Shown here: positions 22,478 to 34,709 of the stretch, piece by piece
Numbering within the stretch: the first letter of the stretch is position 1
Layout of the letters: every line of letters begins with the position of its first letter
From: Macrostomum lignano
Taxonomy: Eukaryota
Assembly: GCA_002269645.1 (NCBI GenBank)
Contig: NIVC01000051.1
Location: 62,001 to 126,000 of the forward strand
DNA: 64,000 nt
Direction of reading: 5' to 3'
Position numbers and translations under genes: made by a program
The notes under the pieces: model-generated
The model's database searches: none
What the model was told of the DNA's origin: nothing
The model's input: the letters and a program-made list of their open reading frames with translations, nothing else

Positions 22478-23775
22478 AATTTGGGGATCTGAGTTGCAGT
22501 TTGGGGATTCGAGTTGCAGTTTGGGGATTCGAGTTGCAGTTTGGGGATTTGAGTTGCAGTTTGGGGATTCGAGTTGCAGTTTGGGGATTTGAGTTGCAGT
22601 TTGGGGATTCGAGTTGCAGTTTGGGGATTTGAGTTGCAGTTTGGGGATTCGAGTTGCAGTTTGGGGATTTGAGTTGCAGTTTGTGGATTTGAGTTGCGGT
22701 TTTTCTGGGATTCGAATTGCAATTTGGGGATCTGAGTTGCAGTTTGGGGATTTGAGTTGCAGCTTGGGGATCTGAGTTGCAGTTTGGGGATTCGAATTGC
22801 AGTTTGGGGATTGGAGTTGCAGTTTGGGGATTCAAGTTGCAATTTGGGGATTCGAGTTGCAGTTTGGGGATTCGAGTTGCAGTTTGGGGATTCGAGTTGC
22901 AGTTTGGGGATTCGAGTTGCAGTTTGGGGATTTGAGTTGCAGTTTGGGGATTCGAGTTGCAGTTTGGGGATTCGAGTTGCAGTTTGGGGATTTGAGTTGC
23001 AGTTTGGGGATTCGAGTTGCAGTTTGTGGATTTGAGTTGCGGTTTTTCTGGGATTCGAATTGCAATTTGGGGATTCGAGTTGCAGTTTGGGGATTCGAGT
23101 TGCAGTTTGGGGATTCGAGTTGCAGTTTGGGGATTTGAGTTGCAGTTTGGGGATTTGAGTTGCAGTTTGTGGATTTGAGTTGCGGTTTTTCTGGGATTCG
23201 AATTGCAATTTGGGGATTCGAGTTGCAGTTTGGGGATTTGAGTTGCAGTTTGGGGATCTGAGTTGCAGTTTGGGGATTCGAGTTGCAGTTTGGGGATTAG
23301 AGTTGCAGTTTGGGGATTTGAGTTGCAGTTTGGGGATTCGAGTTGCAGTTTGGGGATTCGAGTTGCAGTTTGGGGATTTGAGTTGCAGTTTGGGGATTCG
23401 AGTTGCAGTTTGGGGATTCGAGTTGCAGTTTGGGGATTTGAGTTGCAGTTTGGGGATTCGAGTTGCAGTTTGTGGATTTGAGTTGCGGTTTTTCTGGGAT
23501 TCGAGTTGCAGTTTGGGGATTTGAGTTGCAGTTTGGGATTGAGTTGCAGTTTGGGGATTTGAGTTGCAGTTTGGGGATTCGAGTTGCAGTTTGGGGATTT
23601 GAGTTGCAGTTTGGGGATTCGAGTTGCAGTTTGGGGATTTGAGTTGCAGTTTGGGGATTCGAGTTGCAGTTTGGGGATTTGAGTTGCAGTTTGGGGATTT
23701 GAGTTGCCGCTTGGGGATCTGAGTTGCAGTTTGGGGATCTGAGTTGCAATTTGGGGATTCGAGTTGCAGTTTTTA
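22478..23775. repeat. 20-bp minisatellite GAGTTGCAGTTTGGGGATTC between PAXIP1 and ANKZF1
   Basis: About 64 units with a recurrent marker variant GAGTTGCGGTTTTTCTGGGA. Confidence 0.96.
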
Positions 23776-24046
23776 GGGATAAACATGTAATAATTTAGAA
23801 GTGAGACAAAAACGATGCATGAAACAATTTCCTAACAAACTTAAAACTAAAAAGCCATGCAAGAAAAAAGCACACAGAGCAATTATAAAGACATTAAAAC
23901 TGACAAAAAAGTCGCAGAGATAACCTATACACGGATAGATATATAAGTAGTATGCAATTGAATAAGCAAACAGACAATAGTTGATGACCAAAAATTGATT
24001 TCCAATAATTATTACAAATCAGTAATTAATTATGACTAAGTAATCA

Positions 24047-27000
24047 TTACTCAAATCCTTGTTTAACACTGCCAGATGACTCATCTTGCTGTTGACGCTG
24101 AACTGTAGGAGAACGATTAATCGTTGATGAAGTAGAAGATGCTGCAACAGTAGCAACAGTAGCCCCAGTAGTCCCGGATTTGGCAATATTAGATCCATCA
24201 TTTTGAGCACTATTGGACACAGGTCGAACAGCTGCGTTAGGAAGTTCCGTAGCTACTGCCGTATTACTATTAGTAGTATCAACAGTAGTAGCAGTAGTAT
24301 TAGTAGCAGTTACAGCTAAGCTAGGCTCCTGCTTTTCCACTTTAATAGTAATCTGACTGGCTGAGTTAGTAGCGCCGTCAGTAGTAGATGCAGATGCGGT
24401 CGGTTTTGATGAAGCCTGAGCGTCAGATTCAGCGGAGACTGGAGGAGCAACGGCCGCAGGCGGTGGCGGCGGAGGCGGCGGTGGTGGCGACACAGGCGGT
24501 CGAATAGGGAATGGCGACTTTTTGAATTGCAACTGATGAGACAGAAGATCAACGCGCTGGTGGAGGGCGCAGTCCAATACAAATGACTCGCTTTGGACAG
24601 CTGAATGGGGGTTTAGACAGGGGGGTGGGGGTTGGGGTTAAATCAGTTTATTTATGCATTCTGCTGACCAATAGGCGCACATACATTTTCATAGTATGTA
24701 CACTGGCCACCCGTTGACAATGTACACCTCACTCCTCTGTGCCTTAGCGCTGTAACATGGGTTACTTAAAGACAGAATTATCCTATCTGTCTGTCTTACC
24801 TCTGTTTTACCTGTCTACTTGATTTAGTGTCTGTCTGTCAGTTTTACCTGTCTGTCTTTGTCTTGCCTGTCTATCTGTCTTACCTGTCTTAGTGTCGATC
24901 TGTCTTTTTGTCTAGCTGTCTGTCTGTCTGTGTGTTTTCTGTCTGTTTCTGCTTTGTCTATTTGATATTAAATCACTTTCAAAGTCTATATCTAGCTGTA
25001 TCCGTATCTTTCCCAATATTTTCTATTAAAATTTTGCTATTAGAAAAGTTTATTTCGATACATATCGTCAAAACTAATAAATGAGTAACAAAGCTCACCT
25101 AAGCGTCCGTGTTTACCACGCAGCAGATAGTGAACGCAGTGACAATCTTCCTCAGTGCCAACAAACAGATGCTTGGGCGCCAGCTCGCTATGGCACTGAT
25201 CAGCTGGCGGCAGGCGTTCAATAATATGCCCGCCGTTGACATTAATCAGCTTCCTAATTAGGTCATCTCGTACAGCTCCGCCGCAGCCGCCGCAGGTTGG
25301 GCCTAGACAGAAGGTATAACCGGAAAATAGCTTATTCTGCCGGCTGGACTCTAGCACCGAGGCCAGACTGATGCCCAGCTGCCGCTCGCCATCTGTATCG
25401 GACAGTGCAAACGATTCGGGTTGCAGCCAAGCCTCTGCACTGGCCGATTCGTTCAACCAATCGGTATTAACAATTGGCACACCGCTAGATACTGCTAATA
25501 GTAGTTTAGGCGTGACAGCTAACGATGGCGTCACTAATATTTGACACTTCTCCGATTCTGTATCTTTCAACAGACGGCCGCCTAGCTTGGCGCACAGTTG
25601 GGCGCATTGAGTTCGATCTTCTTTTGTTAGACCGGAGACGGCTACTAGCAGGGGCTCGTCTGTTGGCCGCTGCCACACTGGTCGAGTGGCAGCCGCGGCG
25701 GCGGAACTGTTGGCCGGGTCGCGGTTGACGGCGCCAGCGAGTTCGAGTCTAATAAAAACGTTTATGTGCCGATATGTATCGAAAGTACACATAAACCCCC
25801 AAAAAATTGTTTCCAGAAGGAATACTAAATCATGCAAGACACGTATAATAGTTTATGTACCTATATCATACCTGCATTAATACTAAGTAGACGTAACCTA
25901 GCCGATATGTATAGAAAAACAAGTTTACTAATAGTTAATAAAATTTCTAAATCTGCTATTGCCTCACCGATATGTATCGAAAGAAACATTTACTACATAA
26001 CGATACTATTAAAAGTACGTGAAAGGAAAAAATAGCATTAGCTATAAATCCATCAATTTAAGACACAAAAATCCGATATGTATAGAAAAAGAGGTTGACC
26101 AATAGGTTTTTTATTCATTGTTATAATAACGACATGTATCGAAAGTACACTTTACTGTACTTACTTGATTCTCTTAACGGAACCAGTCGAATCAGCCTGC
26201 GCCTCCTCTAATTTGCGCTTCTTATCGCCACTGTTCATTAATTTACGATTCTCCACAGCAGCCTAAAGGGGTTCGAGAAGATATGAAGATTTAGATACTA
26301 CACACTATGGTAGATACTATGGTAGACAAATAAATAAGCTAGTACTATACCTGCAGCATCTCAACAGTGACATGAACAGGTGTTGTCCAAGGTGCTAAAA
26401 AAGGTAGTTATAAAAATTACAAAACTTTGCAAATTAACATATGAAAAAATATTAACTGACAGAGAACCACGAGATAATCACTAACCCATCAGAGCTTCGG
26501 ATTCGCCTTTAGCCAGCATTAATTCGTTATTTTTATTTGCGTCCCACCGGCTGTATTTATCGGACACTGGTTTTGCTAGGATAGCAAAACTGCCACGATA
26601 TAGATCCATGACAAATTTGGCATTCACCACCTGTACACGAAAAAAGAAAAATTATGTAATTGCGTAATTTTTCATAGACTGCCTTAAAATTTAATGACGG
26701 TATTTTTGACTGCCTACTTTTAACAAAATATACGAGTAGTATCATTAGCATTTTTGAATAAAAGAATCGATAAATTTTTTTTGAAAACAGCTTACAGCAA
26801 TGCCAAGACCACGAGCCTTATGAACAACATCTGTGTCGCCTTTTTTGCAGACAAGCACAGAAACGGTGGCGCACAATACAGGTGAATAACGAGCGCCTAA
26901 GCTTTTGATCATGTAGTACAGCTTGAGGCGATCGTCCACAGCGAAGCCGTGAATAGCGAATACCTGAATAAAGATAATTGGCAGGCGCACTAGTATTAAC

Positions 27001-30000
27001 ATTAATAGGGACACATTTCACTGCCGCAAATAAATGCTATAGGAGACCAGCAGGCACACGGGGATTACGAAAAACGGGAACATGTTCGCACAGGGTGTAC
27101 TTTCTCGGTTAATGCGACCAAGCGCGAATTCGAACTCAGTCAACCTTGGGTCGAGAGTCAGACGCATGGGTCTAAGTCGAAAATTGACTGCCAGTAATTT
27201 GACTGTCAAACCTGAACCTAATCTTCATAAACATATTCCAGATTTATCCTAAACCCGGGTTCCTAAATCTGACCTGAAATCTAACCTTAACCGAAATTTC
27301 ACTCATTAAAACCGATTCTATTTGGGTTTAGGGACCCTAATTCCTCACCCAAACCTAAGCCCTAATTCCTAAACTTTAATTCCTGAACCTATCCTAAGCC
27401 CTAAAATCTACCTAAACCCTAATTGTAAACCTTGTTTAATTCCTACCTAAACTCAGATTCATACCTAAACCCAGATTCCTACCTTAACCCTAATTCCTAC
27501 GAAAACCCTAATTCCTACCTAAACCTTAATTCCTACCTAAACTCTAATTCCTACGTAAACCCTAATTCCGAAATCTAATCCTAAACCCCAATTCCTAAAC
27601 ATATCCTAAACCTTAATTCCTTAACCCTAATTCCTACCTAACCCTAATTCCTAAACCTTGACTAAATCGCTGACAGTAAATTGCCTTGCCCCCCTGATGC
27701 GTTACACCATCGCTAGCAGCTTTCTAAAAGTGTAAATAAAAAACAATAAGAAAAAGAAGAACCAACCTGATCCCGGCAATAGGACGGCGAGCTTTGCCTA
27801 TCAACAATGCAGGGCAGATGCTGCAGCTCAGTTGGCGGCTCCATTGTGCCTTTGGTAATGCAGGCGGCCAACCAATTCATGCTCACTATGCGCTTCTTGT
27901 CTTGCAGAGCCTGCGCAATATAGTTATGAGATATTGTTAATAAAATAAATAATCCGGTTTGCTTTATGATCTATGATAATCGTATTTTGTTTTATTGATG
28001 AGAACAGAAAAACTGAAGAGAGAAGAGGAAAGAGGAGATGAAGATAAAAGAAGAGAGGAAATGACAGAAAAGATGAGAGTAGATAAGATGGGAGAGATGA
28101 AAGGAGAGAAGAGATGAGAGGAAATGGGAGAGTGGAGAGAGAGAGAAGAGATGAGAGAAGAGAGGAGAAAAGAGAGAAGAGGAAAGAGAGGAGAAAGAAG
28201 AGGAAAAAGGAGATAGGAGAGAGAGGAGAGAGAAGGAAAAATGAGAGAGGGGAGAGAGGAGAGAGGAGATAGGGGAGAGGAAAGAGAAGAGGGGAAAAGA
28301 GGGAAAAGGAGAGAGAAGAGGGGAAAAAAGAGAGAAGAGGGGAGAGGAGAGAGAAGAGAAAAGAGAGGAGAGAGAAGAGGGGAGAGGAGACAGGGGAGAG
28401 AGGAAAGAGAAGAGGGGAAAAGAGGGGATAGGAGAAGGAGAGGAGAGAGAGGGGCGAGGAGAGAGAATAGGGGAGAAGAGAGGAGATGACAGAGAAGAGA
28501 GAAGAGGGGAGAAGAGAGGAGAGGACAGAGAGAGAAGAGGGGAGAAGAGAGGAGAGGACAGAGAAGAGAGACGAGAGAAGAGGGGAGAGGAGAGAAGAGG
28601 GAGATGGAAGAGGAGAGAGAGGAGGGGACAGTGGAGGAAGAATAGGGGTGAGGGGAGGAGAGCTGAGAAGAGACATAAACCTTGAACAGGCCGGATTACT
28701 ATTCTTCTAAAGGACCCCGAGGGCCAGATACTCGTAGAGAGGCTTTGCTGGTCGAAGTTTGCCCACCCTGAATTAGCACAAATACGGTTAGATGTGCTGG
28801 TTTACTGGAAGATTCCTATAGCAAGCTTACTACTAGCACAAACTTACCACAAAGTACTCATCACAGGTGAGACACTCCAGCAGCACGTGAGTAACCCTAT
28901 CCGGGCTGTACCGTTGAACAGTAACGCCGCCCCTAGCTTCAATTCGATCCAACCAGTGCTGCTTATATTTGGGACAATCGTTGAATGCTGGTACGAAAAA
29001 TACGCAGCCTAATAGACACAGGTCCACTGGTAATTTCTCTGGACAGTCGTGACCTACGTAGGTTGGCTTTGGCGGTGGCTGCTGTTGTTGTTGCGGCTGC
29101 TGCTGCTGCTGCTGAGCATGCATTTGAGCATGAGCAATTGACGGAGCGGCAGGTCCCCCAATCATAGTCGGAGGCTTGAGCACAGCAGATGGACCAGGAG
29201 GCTGATGAATAAGAACACCTGGTTGATGATGCTGCTGTTGCTGCGGTTGCTGATGTTGATGATGCTGTGGCATTGGCAACTGAGGATGCTGTTGCAGCTG
29301 CTGGTGCTGTTTAGCAGCCATCATAGCCGCCTGTTGCTGCTGTCGCTGTTGTTGCTGAGCTACAGCTGCGGCCACAGCGGCAGCTGACGAACTGACAACA
29401 ACTGAAGCACCGGAATGAACCGGATGCTGAGGCTGATGATGCTGCAATTGATGATGCTGCAACTGATGCTGATGTTGAATAGCTACGGACACAGGCGACT
29501 GCATGTGAGGCGACGGAGCTTGCAACTGCTGGTGCTGTTGCTGCTGCTGAATTGGATTCAAGTGAACAGTCTGCTGCTGCTGCTGCTGCTGGTGATGATG
29601 CGGATGCTGATGAGGCATCGGCTGAGGCTGCTGCTGCTGCTGCTGATGATGCACAGCGTGAGCTTGAGCCATCATCTGTTGCTGATGATGATGCTGAGCA
29701 GATAAAGTCATATTAGGTTGAGCAGGCAATAAGCGAGACTGCAGATGCATAGCCGGTGCGTACTGAGGCGACTGAGGCGGCAACGGTTGAGCGTAGGAAG
29801 TGAATTGAGCAGCAGCAACTGGCGGCTGAGCATGAGAATAAACTAAGTGTTGTTGTTGCTGCTGCTGCTGCTGAGGTGGAGGAGGAGGAAAATTAGGATG
29901 CTGATGCATAGGATGATGATGATGCTGCTGCTGCTGCTGCTCAAGCTGCTGGTGCGGCGCCGGGGCTAGAAATATACTCTGAGCAGGCGTGGCCTGCTGA

Positions 30001-31413
30001 GTAGCCGTAGTTAAACTAGACTGAGGCGGCTGCTGAGTAGCCAATGCTGAGTTAGCAGATGAAGAGACGGCTGTACCAGTGACATTGATGCTAACACAGC
30101 TAGGCGACTGCATGCCGCTAGGAGAGAATGCAAGGCCAGGTGTTGACGACATGGGCGAAGGCGACACTTCCGGTTGTTGCTGTGGCGGCTGCAGTAGCAT
30201 CGGAGTAGCTATACTACTACTACTACTAGTAGTAGCATTGCTAACACTCAAACCAACTGATACAATCGACGATGCTACTACAGGATTATTATTATTGCTA
30301 GGAGAAGCGGCAATAGTGCCAGCAGTAGTAGGAGCAGCAGAAACAGTTGAGGACACAGTTGAAGCAGCTGTAGTAGTAGCACCAATTTTGCCAACTTTGC
30401 TTTTGGGACTCTTGGGCGAACGAGTTTTCGCTGGCGATTTCGGCGACCGAGGCTTTTTTGGCTAAGAAAAGTTTAAAGGAATGATATTTTTAGCAAAATA
30501 TACTACTAATAATTTTACTATAACATATTAAAATACGAGGCAAAGGGGACTCTAAATCACTAATCAAAAAATGACATAATGATACGCATACTAATGGACT
30601 CAGTAAGAATACTAATTGACTCGATAAGAGTACTAGAGGACTCAGTAAGAATACTAATGGACTCAGTAAGAATACTAATTGACTCGATAAGAGTACTAGA
30701 GGACTCAGTAAGAATACTAATGGACTCAGTAAGAATACTAATTGACTCGATAAGAGTACTAGAGGACTCAGTAAGAATACTAATGGACTCAGTAAGAATA
30801 CTAATGGACTCAGTAAGAACACTAATGGACTCAGTGAGAATACTAATTGACTCGGTAAGAATTTTATTGGACTCATTATTAGCAGACAATACAAAATACT
30901 CTCCTCAGCAGCATACCTGCGAGGGAGACGGCCTAGAAGGCGCGGATTCTTTAGTATAAGCCAAATATTGCTGGCTAAGTATGTTCTTTACGTTTTGCTG
31001 CACAATAGCGTCTTTTTCTTCTTCGTTCAACGATTGCTCTTGATGATATTTATTAGTTTTTAATTTTTTCAGCTGTTGCTGCTGTTGTTGCTGCTGCTGC
31101 TGGGTCATAGTGAGAGCGGCGGTTGCAGCTGCAGATGCTGCAGCAATAGTTTGAGCAGCAGAAGAAGCAACAGTAGTAGCCAAGCTGCCACTTCCAGCCA
31201 TAGACATTGTTGACACGGAGGCCGCTCCGGCGGAACTAGTTGGCGAAATCAATTGCTGCTGCTGCTGCTGCTGCTGCGGCTGAGAAGGCGGTGTTAATCC
31301 AATCACTGGCGGGTTGCCTAGCAACTGTTGCTGCTGCTGATGAGGCTTGGCTAAACTACCACCGCTAATAGCTATACCAGAAGCTACCGGAAGGCGTTGT
31401 TGAAATGCTTGCG

Positions 31414-31447
<34 letters not shown>

Positions 31448-34400
31448 TTGTTGAGGCATTGGAGCAGCAATACGCATTTGAAACGGCTGCTGTTGCTGTT
31501 GCGAAGTATGAGGCTGCGATTGCTGCTGCTGGGCCGACGTGGCAAATCTAGGCTGGGCACTAATGTGCGATACAGGCACAGCGCCAGGCGCTACCGACTG
31601 CTGAGACTGCTGCACGCGCATCATATTCGGATTGTGAGTTAATATAGTCACCTGTTGCTGTTGCTGCTGAGTAGGAGCCTGTTGCACCTGTAGTTAAAGT
31701 TAAACGAGTAACTTAGAGCATGAGAAGGTTTGAGGGGCTTGTTGTAAAGTTTAAGCCGGGGGTTGGCAAACCCTTTTTACCTCAAGGAAACTTGGCTCAT
31801 GAGAGTGGAAAAGAGAGGTAATAGATTAGAGATGGGAGAATGTAGGAAAGGGATATAGAGAAGAGAAGACGATAGGGGGTGAGAAGAGCGGAAAGAGGAG
31901 AGGGAAGAGAAGAGGAAAGAGAGGAGAGAGGCAAGAGGGGAGATGGGAGAGAGGGAAGAGAGGGGAGAGGGGAGAGGAGGGAAGACAAGAGGAGAGAGGG
32001 GAGATGGAAGAGAGAGGAGAGAGGAGAGGGAAGGAGAGAGCTGAGAAGAGATGCAAACCCTGATCGGGCCCGCATTGCTATTGTGAAATTTCAAAGGACC
32101 AGAGGGCAGGACAGAGCCGAAATGTGGCCCGCGAATCCGAGTTTGCCGACCCCTGCTTTAAGCCAACAAGGGCCAACCACTAGGACTAATCATTGAGCGC
32201 GTACATGCCTGACAGCGAGAAACTCAATGGCCACTGTGCACCCCGTGTGAGCGTCTTGCGTGTTCAAGGTTAATCAGAATGCGAATACTTGCTTCCCATT
32301 GTGGGTATACATTGTCCCAAGTTAAACTATAATAAACTAACTAATCATTGGCGAAGTAACGTAGGTAGCATAGGTAACGGTAACTCATGTAAAATAGGAA
32401 AGAAGAAGTTACTCTAGACGACTTTAAAACAACGAGACGTCACGGTACAAGTCGCCAAAAAGTCGTCTAAAGTTAATCTGATGAGTTTTATCAGAGTCTG
32501 CGACTCTGGGGCCGTAGAGTCTCTGTAGAATCTGTGAGTTGCGTTTATAGCGCATCTACGTCACTTTATAGATTGGAGTTAGATTTTGCAAAAATCTAAA
32601 AAACTCTTTTTAGACTACTTGAGTTAGTAGAAAGTTAAGCGCTAATACAATGACCCTTGAACGATTTTTCGGACTTTTTTTTACGATTCTGAAACTCATG
32701 TGATACTCTCGTGACTAAATAGTCGCCTCTTTGTCGCATTACAGTAGTTTGGAGTCGTTCAAAAGTCACAAGAGTCACCCTACAGGTCGGTGAAGTCACT
32801 AGTCAGTTGTTTGCAATGACCCTTTAGCGATTCATATCACCGTGCCGTTTTTAACTGAGGTTGTACAGCGCCCCCCCCCCCTCTGAATTTCTAATTGTCA
32901 AGCATGTGTACACTTTCTGTGCCTTGTGGCAAGCCAGAGTCAGGTGTTTTATCAGGATGAAAAGCATACATAGAAACAAATTTTATCGACAATTAACTAC
33001 AACTGAAACATATAACTAACCTGCTGCTGCTGCTGCTGTATGTTAACGGACATAACTGGCACATTGTCAACGTGACTGCCAACGCGAACATCGACTGGCT
33101 GCGGCCCGCCAACCGCCGATGCGGCAGTGGGACCGAAGCTGAGCATAGCCGGTCCAGAAGCCGCTGAGCCGGCACTGCTGCCAGTCAGAGCAAAATAGGC
33201 TGACACTCTGCTTAGCCTACTAGGATGATAGTCGCTCTCCCTTTGCATAACATTATGCTGCACAGAATCTGTAACCCAATCCGGTAGTACAACGTGTACT
33301 CTAGCTTTTAATTGAGTCAATTGATCCATTAATCTGCCGCCGCCTTGAGTAGTGACAAAATGCGTCACAGTATTATCTAATCGACATTTCATTTCCGCGC
33401 CCCGGAAGCTCAACAAAGCGTACAGATTGAACCAGTCCTGTCGGCCAACTTTAGCTATGAAAGCTGTAACGCCGCGGAATAATTTCTTAATACTTGGATG
33501 AAACCAATCCATCTGTTGTTGATTCTGCAGCTTGCACGATAGCAGCACCCATTGCGGTGTAACGACTTTGACATTGTGCAAATCGGCCGCTTCGGCCACT
33601 TCGTCGGCGTCTGGATCGTCGCTAATTGCTACACTACAGCTAGACGTCAATAGGCTGGTCTTACTGGCCCCATTGCGATCGAGGAGTTCCAGAGCCTGCG
33701 TGTTCACAGTGGAGAGCGGGGATTTGAGAATTGTAGAGATTTAAGCACCCATTTAGTGCCACACATAGAGCCAAGATTTAAGCACCCATTTAGTGCCACA
33801 CATAGAGCCAAGATTTAAGCACAAGAAAAATGAACTATAATTTTCTTGTAAACAAATTTATTGAACTCATTGCATATACAAAGTAGTTAAACAATCTCAA
33901 TAACCCAAGGAGATATTAATTATCTATATTAATATAATATAGACAAAAGATAGTTTTGAAAATAGTAGGAAAATAAATGTCAACAAAAACATAAAAAAAT
34001 TATTGGAGTTTACTCTACCAAGAGGTTACTGCCCTGACTAAAATCCTCAGATCCAATGGTTACCCTCTCAGTTTTGCCAGCTGCATTATTAATGCATTTG
34101 TCACCAAGAAAGTTTCCACGAATGTGAGATCCAGGCAACCGGAGATAGATTCTTGGGACGCTCTGTTGGTTCTCTCATTTCTTGTAACGTTTTGCTTGAC
34201 TTCAGGAAAAAACTTGAGAAAATGTTTAGCAAATGGCTTAAGTGCACCATGAGGATTGTTTTTTGCACTGAAAAGACTGGTCACTATGCTAGCAGGCTCA
34301 AGTCAGCTGTTCCACTTGCTCTAAGGGCTGGTGTTGTTTACCAATTTCGCTACTCTGAGAATCAGAGCCTTTCTTACATTGAAAAAACAAAACAAAACCT

Positions 34401-34648
34401 GCACACTAGAGCTATGGAACATTGGCTAAAAAGCTCTGCAATTAATGACCATCTGCTTGTTTGTAAAAAAATGTTGTGACAATGAACTAATTCAGCTCTT
34501 TAAAGTGTTTGATAGGTGCAAATTTGACCATAAGCTTAAGATTATTGAAGCTTCGTATATCAGAATACACAAACCCAACTTGAATATGCAGCTTGCTAGC
34601 AATGGGGTAGAGTGTGAGCTAAGACTACTGTGAGCAGAGCCATGCCTG

Positions 34649-34709
<61 letters not shown>

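Noticed and set aside
22443-23786. 447-aa repeat ORF (PQTATQIPKLQL...)
   Set aside because: A 20-bp unit that cycles through all frames; no sign of coding constraint.
27210-27660. Interstitial telomeric repeat
   Set aside because: CCCTAA is embedded in degenerate units of about 18 bp, not in (TTAGGG)n runs.
28679-28767. Extra PAXIP1 exon (has an AG acceptor and a GT)
   Set aside because: It has an in-frame stop, the acceptor is a MITE TIR, and exons 4 and 5 join in phase without it.
29415-30465. Plus-strand Leu/Met-rich ORFs
   Set aside because: Antisense shadows of the PAXIP1 polyQ/His exon; similar shadows occur over REC8 and ANKZF1.
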